Shown: piece by piece, positions 18,762 through 28,338 of the stretch
Position numbering within the stretch: position 1 is the stretch's first letter
How the letters are laid out: the number at the start of each line of letters is the position of its first letter
NCBI GenBank assembly: GCA_964640295.1
Contig: CAZXFX010000008.1
Location: forward strand, 3,153-67,152
Reading direction: 5' to 3'
Length of the DNA: 64,000 nucleotides
From: an uncultured Dehalococcoidia bacterium
GTDB taxonomy: Bacteria; Chloroflexota; Dehalococcoidia; Lucifugimonadales; UBA1123
Notes under the pieces: model-generated
Told to the model about the DNA's origin: nothing
The model's database searches: none
What the model saw: only the letters and a program-made list of their open reading frames with translations
Position numbers and translations under genes: made by a program

Positions 18762-19640
18762 CTATCGGCAATCGGGAGGGAAGTGACGTTGTGACACATC
18801 GTTCTTGACGTGCGTGTTGTATGTGGCGATATCGGCTGAAGTAGCCGTCGTGGTCGAGGTCACGAACGCCAGGCGGAACTTTTTGCCGGCCGTCAGCCCG
18901 GGGTCGGTAGGCTTCAGATCCCAGTTGGCGGGGACGACGCGAACGTCGATGATGCGGACCGTCGCCGTGCAGACTTGCGGTGGCGATTCTGACGGTGAAC
19001 GTTTCCAACCCTTCGGAAACGGAGGCCCCCACAAACGCGTCGTAGCCATCTGTTCCGATGTATATGTGCTGTGTCACCGATGTCGCGCCGGCGGGGATGG
19101 TCAGATTCCACGGCCCTTGGACATAGTCGGCGCCAAGCGTATCTGTGCCTTCGGCGATGCCGCGCCGGTTCCGGTTTCGGCCGTCTCGAGCGTGAAGGTT
19201 CGATCTATGCTGGCGGCCGGGTCGACCGTAATCGTCACCGGCATCGCCGTCCCTTCTTCGGCCTGGTAGTTGGCCGCGTCCAGGGTGATGCTCTGCGAGT
19301 CGTAGATGGTGACGGTCATCGCGCAAGAGCTGGTCGAGTCACAGTGCGACTGGCTAGAATCAAAGGGAGTCCCCGATACAGAAGACCAGACCAAGGTGAT
19401 AGTCTCGGCGGATTTAGCTGTGTTGTCCTTGCAGATCTGGATGTCAGTCCACGAATACACGGGGTCAGAGTCTCCCGCGGACGGGTTGATAGCGTCATTC
19501 TCAGCCGCCAGGAAAACGAAGTCTTCGCCCAAAGAACAGGTAGAGTCGGCCGATCGCGTGGCTGTTCCGCCGACATCGCTGTTTCCGTGCCGAATGAGAA
19601 TGTCGCCGTCTCTACCGCTGGGGATCGTTCCGGTGAGCTG
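18762..19640 (-). pseudogene. Frameshifted remnant of a Calx-beta-like surface protein
   Basis: The coding sense passes through three minus frames. The pieces are ...TFTLETAETGTG / IAEGTDTLGADYVQGPWNLTIPAGATSVTQHIYIGTDGYDAFVGASVSEGLETFTVRIATAS / PQVCTATVRIIDVRVVPANWDLKPTDPGLTAGKKFRLAFVTSTTTATSADIATYNTHV. There is no N-terminus. Confidence 0.55.
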
Positions 19641-20611
19641 AATGGCGACGCTTTCGTCGCCACCACCGGCGACAGCGTGGACGAGGCCGACGGGTCGGTG
19701 ACGGCGACACTGGCCACCGGAACGGGCTACACCGTGTCCACGTCCAGCAATGCCGCAACAGTTACAGTGGCGGACGATGACGACCCGCCCGGCCTTTGTT
19801 GCCGACGCGACCATCGTGACCAACGTCCGCAGCTACGTCGCCGAAACCCAGCACGGCGCGGTGCACGTCAATCGTTGGAAGAAGGTACTAGTCGGGCTGG
19901 GCGTCGAGAGCTACGCCGGCGTCACCGCGATGACATCGACCGAAGCGCAGACGTACGCCGACTTTTGGGCTGGACGCGTTGGGGCCCCGTTGTCGATGAA
20001 CTCAAGAGGGCGGAGGTAGCGGCCGCGGGGCAGGGGCAGCAACCTACGCCCACGCCGACGCCTGCACCGCCGCCAACGCCTGAGATCAGCATCGGGGCCG
20101 GAAGGGCGGCGCCGCGACGTTCACGCTGACTGCCAACCCTGCCCCGGCAGCGGACCTCCCCGTGACGGTGACGGTGTCCGCAACCGGCGACTATGGCGTC
20201 ACCACGGGCGCGAAGACGGTCACGATTGGCACGGGCGGCACGGCGACGCTGATCGTCCCGACAACGGGCGGCAGCGTGGACGAGGCCGACGGCTCCGTAA
20301 CGGCGACAGTGTCGACGGGCAGCAACTATACGGTGTCAACGAGTACGGGTGCGGCGGCGGTAACCGTCTCCGACGACGACCCGCCGGCGAGCGATCTGCT
20401 CGCAGCCCTCGAAGCGGCGCTGGCGGAACAGCCGCAGCCGTTCATCGAGGCCATCCTGCGCCACGCCGTCGCGACCGTGAAGGGCAACTCGACCTGGTTC
20501 GAGCAGCGCAACCCGTCGCTGATCCTGGTGGACGTGTCCATCCGTTTCGCCCAGAGCGGCACCGTCAAGGACGCCCTGGCCCAGTTCAAGACCTGGTACA
20601 ACAACCGCTAG
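19640..20611 (+). pseudogene. Frameshifted remnant of a Calx-beta-like surface protein (C-terminal end)
   Basis: At least three frame changes, near 19790, 19968 and 20100. The pieces are ...SVDEADGSVTATLATGTGYTVSTSSNAATVTVADDDDPP / AFVADATIVTNVRSYVAETQHGAVHVNRWKKVL...EAQTYADF / LGWTRWGPVVDELKRAE...PTPTPTP / ATFTLTANPAPAADLPVTVTVSATGDYG...SVDEADGSVTATVSTGSNYTVSTSTGAAAVTVSDDD. Confidence 0.55.
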
Positions 20612-20739
20612 CAGCAATACCCACAGCGGTATCCCTGGATGCGTTGCGGGAACAGCCTCCAGCACGAGTGGGGCAGGGAGACCGCTAGGCAGGGAGAGAC
20701 CGCAAGGCGCGGAAGCCAAAACTCAGGGCCGCCAGTACT

Positions 20740-21342
20740 CTTGCCACCAACCCCGCCACGTCGGTCCAGAGACCCAAACACGTCGTCAGGGTGGGCAAGA
20801 CACCTACTCGAATCTATAAATGTTAAGAGGGTCTCAGGGACAGGGCGCTAATCGGCGCGATGCTCTACACCTTCGGCAGGGTCGGCGCGGTCATCGCCAT
20901 GGACGTCGAGGTCTACAGGCTGAGCAATCACCAGCGCATGTTCCTGCTGCGCGAGAAGGGAGGCAAGGAGCGCCAGGCGCCCGCTCACCACAGGCTTGTC
21001 GAGTATCTGGGGGAGTACATGGACACCACCAACCTCCGGGATTCACCGAAGGCGCCGTTGTTCCAGTCGCTGGACCTCACCAGGTCCCGTCTGAAGGGGA
21101 CGCGCATGAACAGGCAGATAGCGCTCCAGAGGGTAAGGGGCCGCGCAAGGGCCGCGGGTCTGCCGCCCGCGGTGAACTGCCACAGATTCCGGGCCGCCGG
21201 CATCACCAACTACCCGTCCAACGCTGGGTCATTGGAGGACGCGCGCGCCATGGCAGCGCATGAGTACTCTCAAACGACAAGGCTGTACGACCGCACAGGG
21301 GACAAGATCACCCTGGACGAGATTGAACGCATCAGATTTTGA
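20740..21342 (+). pseudogene. Tyrosine recombinase/integrase pseudogene (N-terminal domain missing, in-frame TAA at 20824)
   Basis: One frame reads LATNPATSVQRPKHVVRVGKTPTRIYKC-stop-EGLRDRALIGAMLYTFGRVGAVIAMDVEVY...HRFRAAGITNY...AAHEYSQTTRLYDR. The catalytic-domain motifs R, HxxR, H and Y are present, but the upstream core-binding domain is absent and the linker is shortened. Confidence 0.75.
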
Positions 21343-21600
21343 GTGCCGCTGCTTTCACTTCGCACGCTCCGGACGGGTGGAGCTCTTTCCCCGCGTCTAA
21401 TGTCACTGCAATCCACCGTCCATCGTCATTTGACTGTCGAATGGCGTCAATAAGCCGATACGGTCCCACGGCATCGATTCTTGCCTGCCCACCACCGCTT
21501 ACGTCGTGACGTTTACAGCCCCCAAGGAAGTTGTTACTATCCCATGTGTGAATATAGTTGATACTAGGTATCGTGAACAACGAGACCATCGAACACAGAC

Positions 21601-21798
21601 TTATTGGCGGCAGTTGAAAACCTGGGGCGCCGTCTGGAGATCGTCAAGTTGCTTGCCTCGAAGCAGAAAGGGTTCACCACGTAGCAGGTCCTCAAGCAGT
21701 CTCCTGGCGGTCGCTTTGCCAATGCTGGACGAAGCGCCGGTGACCAATATGGTCTTCCCCGCCCCACCCTTTATCCTGTGTTCATTTGAAGTGGTCAT
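21601..21798 (-). pseudogene. N-terminal fragment of a short-chain dehydrogenase/reductase (SDR)
   Basis: KTILVTGASSSIGKATARRLLED is the TGxxxGIG Rossmann motif. The ORF stops after 65 aa, and the catalytic YxxxK region was not found downstream. Confidence 0.5.
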
Positions 21799-21978
21799 CG
21801 TTGACTCCCCCAGTTTGTCTCACTCCACCATAGAACACATAATGCGTCAGGACGCTATCAAATCACGCCATCTTAGCGCAATATGCGCCAATCCGGATGC
21901 TGCGCCAGACTCACAGCGCAAAGGTTCTCAGGGGGGGGGGCGACTTGGCGCACCTGAGTTACGACCCAATTCGCAGGG

Positions 21979-22006
21979 TTGACGCGCAGTGGGATTCTGC
22001 TATAAT
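21979..22006 (+). promoter_or_regulatory. Sigma70-like promoter upstream of the ABC exporter
   Basis: TTGACG (21979-21984), a 16-nt spacer, then TATAAT (22001-22006), in an AT-rich intergenic patch about 80 nt upstream of the ATG at 22087. Confidence 0.5.
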
Positions 22007-22014
22007 TCGCAATC

Positions 22015-22026
22015 GCAATTAATTGC
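22015..22026. promoter_or_regulatory. Perfect 12-bp palindrome GCAATTAATTGC just downstream of the -10 (candidate operator)
   Basis: GCAATTAATTGC is its own reverse complement. Related half-sites (TTCGCAAT, ATGCAATAG, TTCGCAGG twice) are scattered across 21965-22080. Confidence 0.4.
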
Positions 22027-22086
22027 AATAGCTTGTAGTATTATATGCTTATAAATGAATATGCAATAGTTCGCAGGAGCTGAGCG

Positions 22087-25000
22087 ATGTATTTTGACTT
22101 ACGACTCTTCGAGTTGACCCGAGGCGTGAGGCTTCGAATCCTGTTTGCTGCTGCCCTGGGCCTGATCGCAGTGGGCGCCGGCGTTGCTAGGCTGGCCGTA
22201 TCCGGCGTCGTTATCTACCGGGTCATCACCGGGCAGGCGGACTTCTCCACGCTCACGCTACCCTTGCTGGTCATCGCAGCGCTGATCGTCGCTCGCAGTG
22301 TCTTCCAGTACTGGCAGAACGCGGTGAGCCATCACACCGCCAACCTCGTCAAGATCAGGCTGCGCGAGGAGGTCTATCAGCACGCGCTGCTACTCGGCCC
22401 GGGGTACGCCGACCGGAACCGGACCGGTGACGTCGTCCTCACGATAGTGGAAGGCATAGAGCGGCTGGAGACCTTCTTCGGGCAGTACCTGTCCCAGATC
22501 ATCGTCTCCGCCATCGCCCCCGTAGCCATCTTCGCCTTCATGGTAACGCTGGACCTGTACATCGCGCTCATCTTCCTGCTGTTCGCCCTCCTTGCGCTGG
22601 TCGTTCCGGCCGCGTTCTATCGATGGAACAGGAACAGCAGCTACAGACGCCGCCAGTCCTACGGCGATCTGGGTTCGGATTTTCTGGACAGCGTCCAGGG
22701 ACTAGCGACGCTCAAGGCGTTTGGACAGAGCAAGGGCCGCGGCAGTATTCTGGCGCAGCGCGCTCACCACCTCTACAAGAGCACCATGGGAGTGGTCGCC
22801 GCCAACGGGGCCACGAGCGGCGCGTCGATATTCTTCATGGCCACCGGGGCCGCAGTAGCCCTGGCCGTGGGCGCGGTTCGCGTCAGCGGCGGCGACATGG
22901 AGCTGCGGCCCCTGCTCATCGTGCTGATGCTCGGGGTCGAAGTGTTCCGGCCCATGCGTGAATTGACTAACCTTTATCACCAGGGCATGACCGTGGTCTC
23001 ATCGGCGCACAGCGTCTTTGACATTATGGACGAGCCGGTTACGATCCTCGAATCCGAAGCTGCCGCCAATGGACCGGCGCCTGAAATCACGCCAGAGGTC
23101 TTCTTTGAGGGCGTTACCTTTGGGTACGACAGCGGCCACCGGCCCGCGCTCCATGACGTATCGTTCGACCTGCGCAAGGGCGAGACCCTTGGCGTCGTGG
23201 GCGCCAGCGGCGCAGGGAAGTCAACGCTGGTCTGGCTGATGTACAGGTTCTACGACCCTCAGGCCGGCTCAATCAAGCTCGGCGGCCACGACCTCCGAGA
23301 GCTCCCGCTGAATGCGCTCAGGGACAACATATCGGTCGTCACCCAGGATACGTACCTGTTCCACGGCACCGTCGCCGACAACTTGCGTTTCGGAAAACCC
23401 GACGCAACGCAGCAGGAACTGGAGGAGGCCGCCCGCGCCGCGAATGCACACGAGTTCATTACGCAACTGCCCCAGGGCTACGATACCGTTGTGGGCGAAC
23501 GGGCGGTCCGGCTGTCGGGCGGACAGCGTCAGCGGCTGGCGATTGCGCGGGCGTTGCTGAAAGATGCGCCGATTCTGCTGCTGGACGAGGCTCTCTCCAG
23601 TGTCGACGCCGAGAATGAGTCCGTCATCCAGGAGGCGCTTGACCGACTGATGGAGGACAGGACGGCGCTCATCATCGCTCACCGTCTTTCCAGCGTCATC
23701 AAGGCAGACCGCATCCTGGTTCTCGACGAAGGTCGGACTGTAGAGATCGGGGCGCATGCCGAGCTCATGGCCGCCGACGGCGTCTATGCCAGTCTCATGC
23801 GCCAGCAGGCTCAGACGGGCCTGATAGACCTCGCGGCGTTTTCCGCTCCCGAGCGGGCGCGCTCTAGCGCCTCCGTCGACCACGTCGCTGATCTCCAACT
23901 GTCCGGCGGACACGCTCATCGCGCGCCGTCCCGCTCCCATCACAGTGACGAAGCGGTCAACATTCGCTCCTTGAATGTCTGGGTCAGGCTCTTCGGTTTG
24001 GTCGGGCCGGTCAAGTTCCAGTTCCTAGGAACTCTAGCCCTGGGGCTGCTCCATCACGGCTCCGTTATTCTCCTGGGGGCGTTCAGCGCGCTTCTGGTGG
24101 GGGCGGTGTTCCGCGACGAACCTCTGACGACCTACCTCGTTCTCGTGTGCATCTTCGCCCCGCTTTCGGCGTTGTTGTTCTACCTGGAATCGTGGCAGGC
24201 GCACGACATGGCATTCAGGCTGCTGGCGAAGATGCGAGTCGACCTCTACGAGAAGCTGGAGCCTCTGGCACCGGCCTACATGGTCCGGCGTCGCTCCGGC
24301 GACTTCGTCAGCGTTGTGGGCGGCGACGTGGAGACGGTCGAGTACTTCTTCGCTCACGCCGTGTCGCCAATGATCGTCGCGGTCCTGATACCGGGCGCGC
24401 TGCTGACTGCGCTGGCCGTCATATCCTGGCCCATCGCCGTGGTTCTGGCTCCGTTCCTCGTGGCAGTGGCCGTCAGCCCCTTCTTCGCCAACACACGCAT
24501 CGAGCGGCTCGGTACAGAGATCCGCGACCGCATCGGCGAGATCCACGCATACATGGTTGACAGCATCCAGGGCATGCGGGAAATCGTCGCATTCGGACTC
24601 GGGCCCAACCGGAAGCGGGAGCTGACCGAGAAAAGCTGGGACTATGCAAGCCACCTTGTCCGGTTCCAGAAGTCACAGGCATTCCAGATAGGCTTCATGG
24701 AGGCCATGATGGGACTCGGCGGGCTGGCGGTGCTGGCCATGGGCGTGTGGCTGGTGCTCAATGGACAGATCGCACGGGCCGAGTTGCCCCTCGTCAGCGT
24801 ACTGGCCCTGGCCTCATTTAGCCCCGTAACCGAGCTGGCCCGCACCATGAAACAGATGATGGAGACGCTGGCAGCGTCCCGCCGCATTCTCGCCGTCCAC
24901 GACGAGGCGGTCCCGGTGCAGGATGGGCCCGGCGTGGCGCACCTCACTGACGAGGTACCCTCGGGCGCGCCGTCCATCGACTTCGAGGATGTAGCCTTCG

Positions 25001-25716
25001 CCTACTCGGAAGGCGACCCGCAGGCGCTGGTCGACGTTTCCTTCGGCATAGGCTCAGGACAGACCGTGGCTGTCGTGGGCCGTTCAGGGGCAGGCAAGAC
25101 CACGGTCGCCTATCTGATGATGCGCTTCTGGGACCCGGACCAAGGCGATATTGCCCTGCAGGGTCACAGACTGGAAGATCTCCTGCTCGATGATTTGCGC
25201 GGCCGCATGGCGCTCGTCGCACAGGACACCTACCTGTTCAACGACACCATTCGCGAGAACATCCGGCTCGGACGGTACGGCGCCACAGATTCGGAGGTAG
25301 AGGAGGCTGCGAAGCAGGCTAATGCCCTAGAGTTCATCGAGTCCTTCCCGGACGGTTACGACACCCGCGTCGGTGAGAGAGGAATGCAGCTATCCGGTGG
25401 GCAGCGGCAGCGGGTCGCTATCGCCCGCGCTATTCTCAAGAACGCTCCGGTACTGATCCTGGACGAGGCCACGTCGCATCTGGACGCCATCAGCGAGGCG
25501 ACGGTCCGGGAGGCGCTCAGCCGGCTCATGTCGGGCAGGACCACGATAATCATGGCCCACAGGCTGTCCACCATTCGCGACGCCGACAACATCCTGGTGC
25601 TCGACGAGGGAGTGGTCGTGGAGCAGGGAAAGCACGAGGACCTTCTCGCACGTAGCGGGCTGTATGCTCAGCTCGTGGCAACGCAGATGCAGGGACAAAG
25701 GTCAGCCCCGGGCTAG
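22087..25716 (+). CDS. Fused full-length ABC exporter (TMD-NBD-TMD-NBD in one 1209-aa polypeptide)
   Basis: Two Walker A motifs (GASGAGKST, GRSGAGKTT), two signature motifs (LSGGQRQRLAIARA, LSGGQRQRVAIARA) and two Walker B motifs (LLLDEALS, LILDEATS). Each NBD is preceded by a six-helix hydrophobic domain. Confidence 0.9.
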   Translation: MYFDLRLFELTRGVRLRILFAAALGLIAVGAGVARLAVSGVVIYRVITGQADFSTLTLPLLVIAALIVARSVFQYWQNAVSHHTANLVKIRLREEVYQHALLLGPGYADRNRTGDVVLTIVEGIERLETFFGQYLSQIIVSAIAPVAIFAFMVTLDLYIALIFLLFALLALVVPAAFYRWNRNSSYRRRQSYGDLGSDFLDSVQGLATLKAFGQSKGRGSILAQRAHHLYKSTMGVVAANGATSGASIFFMATGAAVALAVGAVRVSGGDMELRPLLIVLMLGVEVFRPMRELTNLYHQGMTVVSSAHSVFDIMDEPVTILESEAAANGPAPEITPEVFFEGVTFGYDSGHRPALHDVSFDLRKGETLGVVGASGAGKSTLVWLMYRFYDPQAGSIKLGGHDLRELPLNALRDNISVVTQDTYLFHGTVADNLRFGKPDATQQELEEAARAANAHEFITQLPQGYDTVVGERAVRLSGGQRQRLAIARALLKDAPILLLDEALSSVDAENESVIQEALDRLMEDRTALIIAHRLSSVIKADRILVLDEGRTVEIGAHAELMAADGVYASLMRQQAQTGLIDLAAFSAPERARSSASVDHVADLQLSGGHAHRAPSRSHHSDEAVNIRSLNVWVRLFGLVGPVKFQFLGTLALGLLHHGSVILLGAFSALLVGAVFRDEPLTTYLVLVCIFAPLSALLFYLESWQAHDMAFRLLAKMRVDLYEKLEPLAPAYMVRRRSGDFVSVVGGDVETVEYFFAHAVSPMIVAVLIPGALLTALAVISWPIAVVLAPFLVAVAVSPFFANTRIERLGTEIRDRIGEIHAYMVDSIQGMREIVAFGLGPNRKRELTEKSWDYASHLVRFQKSQAFQIGFMEAMMGLGGLAVLAMGVWLVLNGQIARAELPLVSVLALASFSPVTELARTMKQMMETLAASRRILAVHDEAVPVQDGPGVAHLTDEVPSGAPSIDFEDVAFAYSEGDPQALVDVSFGIGSGQTVAVVGRSGAGKTTVAYLMMRFWDPDQGDIALQGHRLEDLLLDDLRGRMALVAQDTYLFNDTIRENIRLGRYGATDSEVEEAAKQANALEFIESFPDGYDTRVGERGMQLSGGQRQRVAIARAILKNAPVLILDEATSHLDAISEATVREALSRLMSGRTTIIMAHRLSTIRDADNILVLDEGVVVEQGKHEDLLARSGLYAQLVATQMQGQRSAPG

Positions 25717-25831
25717 CCTGGCTTTCCTCGACTGGGCGACTGTGTGAACTGCCATCTCTCGAATGAGTAGTGTCCCGTAAGTATCCGTGTTGGATGTCAA
25801 GCCCTGTGAGAGGCTTTGGGGGAAGGAAGGC

Positions 25832-26787
25832 CTAGCCAGCCTGTGGTACCCAGGGCGTCCCTCTGCGAGCAACCGCGTTCAGATGAACAAGTAGCTTGCG
25901 CATGACCGCTACCACGGATACGTTGCCTGGCTTACCGCGTTCACGCAGACGACGGTAGAAGCTGCGCATCTCCGCGTCGTGCTGGATGGCCGATCAGGCA
26001 CACAGGTACAGCGCGGATCGAACTGTGCTCCGACCGCCACGGATCGCACGTTTGCCCCTTTTGCTCCCACTGTCTCGGGACCAAGGCGCCAACCCGACAA
26101 GAGAGCTGAGAACCTTACTGTCCCAGTGTCCAGTTCGGGCAGAAAGGCTACCATAGTGGCCGAAGTCAGAGAGCCGATACCCCGCACACTGCGGTACAGA
26201 GCAGCCCGTTCGGCCAAGGGTGAGATCTTCTCCAGCGCCGTCCGGCACTCGGCATCCAGTCGGGCGATCTCCCTCTCCATCCAGGCGATATGGCGTCTTG
26301 TGGACTTGATGGTGACCGAGCTGGCGCCCTTGTCCAGACGTCCCAGCTCCTGAACGCGCTGAACCACTAGGTGTCTTCGTCGATTCAGCAGATATCTCGT
26401 AGCTGTTGGCGTTCGGGGGCGAACTCATCATCAGGCACCTTAACGGCGTGGAAGACCTGTCCGTAGCGGGACAAGACTTGTGCGTCCCTGGGATCGGTCT
26501 TAGCTTCGTAGCCGCATGCATTCGCGAAGGCGCGCACCCGTGTAGGATGGGCCACATGTATCGCTACCCCTTCCTCCCCCAACCGATTCACCAACACTCG
26601 CTCGTACCCGCCCATGGCTTCGCACACGACCAAGGGTGTCGTCACTCTTCCCCAGGTACTTCAGCAGCCTCGTAATACCAACCTTCGTATTATCGAACCG
26701 CACCACCGGTTCCTCAGACACCGATACGTCGAGGTTCGTCTTCCCCACGTCAACGCCGACTCCCAGTAACTCGACTCCATTATCCAT
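25832..26787 (-). mobile_element. IS110-family transposase pseudogene (multiple frameshifts plus an in-frame TGA)
   Basis: The pieces lie in four minus frames: MDNGVELLGVGVDVGKTNLDV..., LVVCEAMGGYERVLVNRL...KTDPRDAQVL, ...LYRSVRGIGSLTSATMVAFLPEL, ...LVGLAPWSRDSGSKRGKRAIRGGRSTVRSALYLCA-TGA-SAIQHDAEMRSFYRRLRERGKPGNVSVVAVMRKLLVHLNAV. Confidence 0.8.
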
Positions 26788-26920
26788 GCTCCAAATTCAC
26801 TCACCGACTATGGGACGGTTATTTGGAAGGCGTGAGAGTGACAATCTGCATGAATCTCTGTAAACTGGCAACCGAATACCAAATTACTCACACCTAGACG
26901 CGTACGGAGGTTCAGGCGCG

Positions 26921-28294
26921 ATGGTTACCACACTCACCGGAGAGCAGATCGAAGAGGTAAAGCAACAAGCGGCGGACCATTTTTGGCCCCATGCACGCCA
27001 AGCTGGAAACGTATCCGACGAAGATGGCATCAAGATAGTTACCCAGGCGCGCGGAGTCTGGGTTGAGGACGCCGCGGGCGAGCCGTGGTTCGACCTTATC
27101 GCCGGAATGTTCCTGAAGAATATCGGACACGGCAGAAAAGAGATCGCGGACGCCGTATATGAGCAGATGCAGGGTATAAGCTACTCGCCCGGCGGCACAG
27201 TTACGCCCGCGACCGCCCAACTGGCGGCGAGAGTGGCCGGACTTGCCCCGGACAAGGATTCAAGGCTCTATTTCGTAAGCGGCGGCTCCGAGGCCGTCGA
27301 GACCGCCCTCAAGATGGCCAAGCAGTATCACAACAATAATGGCGAGTCGAGCAGGTGGAAGGTTCTGAGCAGAAAAGGGTCGTATCACGGCGCGACCCAT
27401 GCCTGCATGTCGCTGGGACAGTCCGGGGGCGCGGTCGCCCAGATAGGTCCGCTAATGCCTGGGAACGTCCATGTCGCCCAGCACGACCCGTACAGGGGAG
27501 TGTGCGGAGACGAGAACGGTGACTGTACGTTGGAGTGCGCGCTGGAAATCGAACGCGCGATAGAACATGAAGGCGCCAGGACCGTCGCCGCGTTCATCGG
27601 CGAGCCTATCTCCATGGCGGCCGGCACCCATGTCCCGCATCCGGACTATTGGCCCACCGTGCGCGAAATCTGCGACAAGCACGGCGTCATAATGATCTGC
27701 GACGAGGTCATCACAGGCTTCGGTCGCACCGGCAAGATGTTCGCCACCGAGCATTGGGAAGTTCAGCCCGACATCACGACTGTCGCCAAGGCGCTGACAA
27801 GCGGCTACCTGCCGATTGGAGCCGCCATAGCGCGCAAGGAAATCGCGGACGCGTTCATTGGCGACGACGACTCCACCTTCCGCCACCTGATTACATTCGG
27901 CGGCAATCCCGCCTCCTGCGCGGCCGGCCTGGCCAACCTGGACATCATGGAAGGCGAAGGCATAGTGGAGAACTCCGCCGAAATGGGCGACTACCTATAC
28001 GAGCGTCTCCAGACGCTGTACGAACACAGCATCGTCGGCGACGTGCGCGGCGGCATGGGGCTGCTGGCGGCGATAGAGCTGGTCAAAGACCGCGACACCA
28101 AAGAGAAGTTCCCCAAAGAAGCGGGACTGAGCGACAAACTCACCCGCCACTTCAACGATAATCGCATACTGGGGCGCGGCCAGGACATAATCCCAATATC
28201 GCCGCCGCTCTGCATAACCCGAGACGAAGTTGACGAACTGGTTTCCCGCCTGGACGACTCGATTGGCAAGGTAGAGTCGGAACTCGGCGTTTAG
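26921..28294 (+). CDS. Class III (omega-) aminotransferase, PLP-dependent
   Basis: 457 aa with GGSEAVETALKMAKQY, ICDEVITGFGRTGKMFA and TVAKALTSGYLPIG (PLP Lys). Confidence 0.85.
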   Translation: MVTTLTGEQIEEVKQQAADHFWPHARQAGNVSDEDGIKIVTQARGVWVEDAAGEPWFDLIAGMFLKNIGHGRKEIADAVYEQMQGISYSPGGTVTPATAQLAARVAGLAPDKDSRLYFVSGGSEAVETALKMAKQYHNNNGESSRWKVLSRKGSYHGATHACMSLGQSGGAVAQIGPLMPGNVHVAQHDPYRGVCGDENGDCTLECALEIERAIEHEGARTVAAFIGEPISMAAGTHVPHPDYWPTVREICDKHGVIMICDEVITGFGRTGKMFATEHWEVQPDITTVAKALTSGYLPIGAAIARKEIADAFIGDDDSTFRHLITFGGNPASCAAGLANLDIMEGEGIVENSAEMGDYLYERLQTLYEHSIVGDVRGGMGLLAAIELVKDRDTKEKFPKEAGLSDKLTRHFNDNRILGRGQDIIPISPPLCITRDEVDELVSRLDDSIGKVESELGV

Positions 28295-28338
28295 GAGCGA
28301 ATTTTCAAGGCGTCCCTTGACGAGCGCTAAAAATGAAC

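Noticed and set aside
16850-19700. Shufflon-like, recombinase-driven switching of alternative C-terminal cassettes of a surface protein.
   Set aside because: I could not find shared short inverted repeats at the two head-to-head junctions. There is no constant 5-prime exon with a signal peptide. The fragments carry frameshifts and the adjacent integrase is itself a pseudogene. Decay after rearrangement is the simpler reading.
20611-20640. A 12-nt identity, CAATACCCACAG, shared between 20617-20628 and the promoter box of the long repeat (39137-39148).
   Set aside because: The match is too short to distinguish from chance without a genome-wide count, and the flanks do not align further.
21332-21982. 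ORFs 21332..21589 (-), 21506..21982 (+) and 21564..21767 (-) between the integrase remnant and the ABC promoter.
   Set aside because: They overlap one another and carry no recognisable motifs, apart from the SDR stub at 21601-21798. The region looks like pseudogene debris, so I did not call them as genes.
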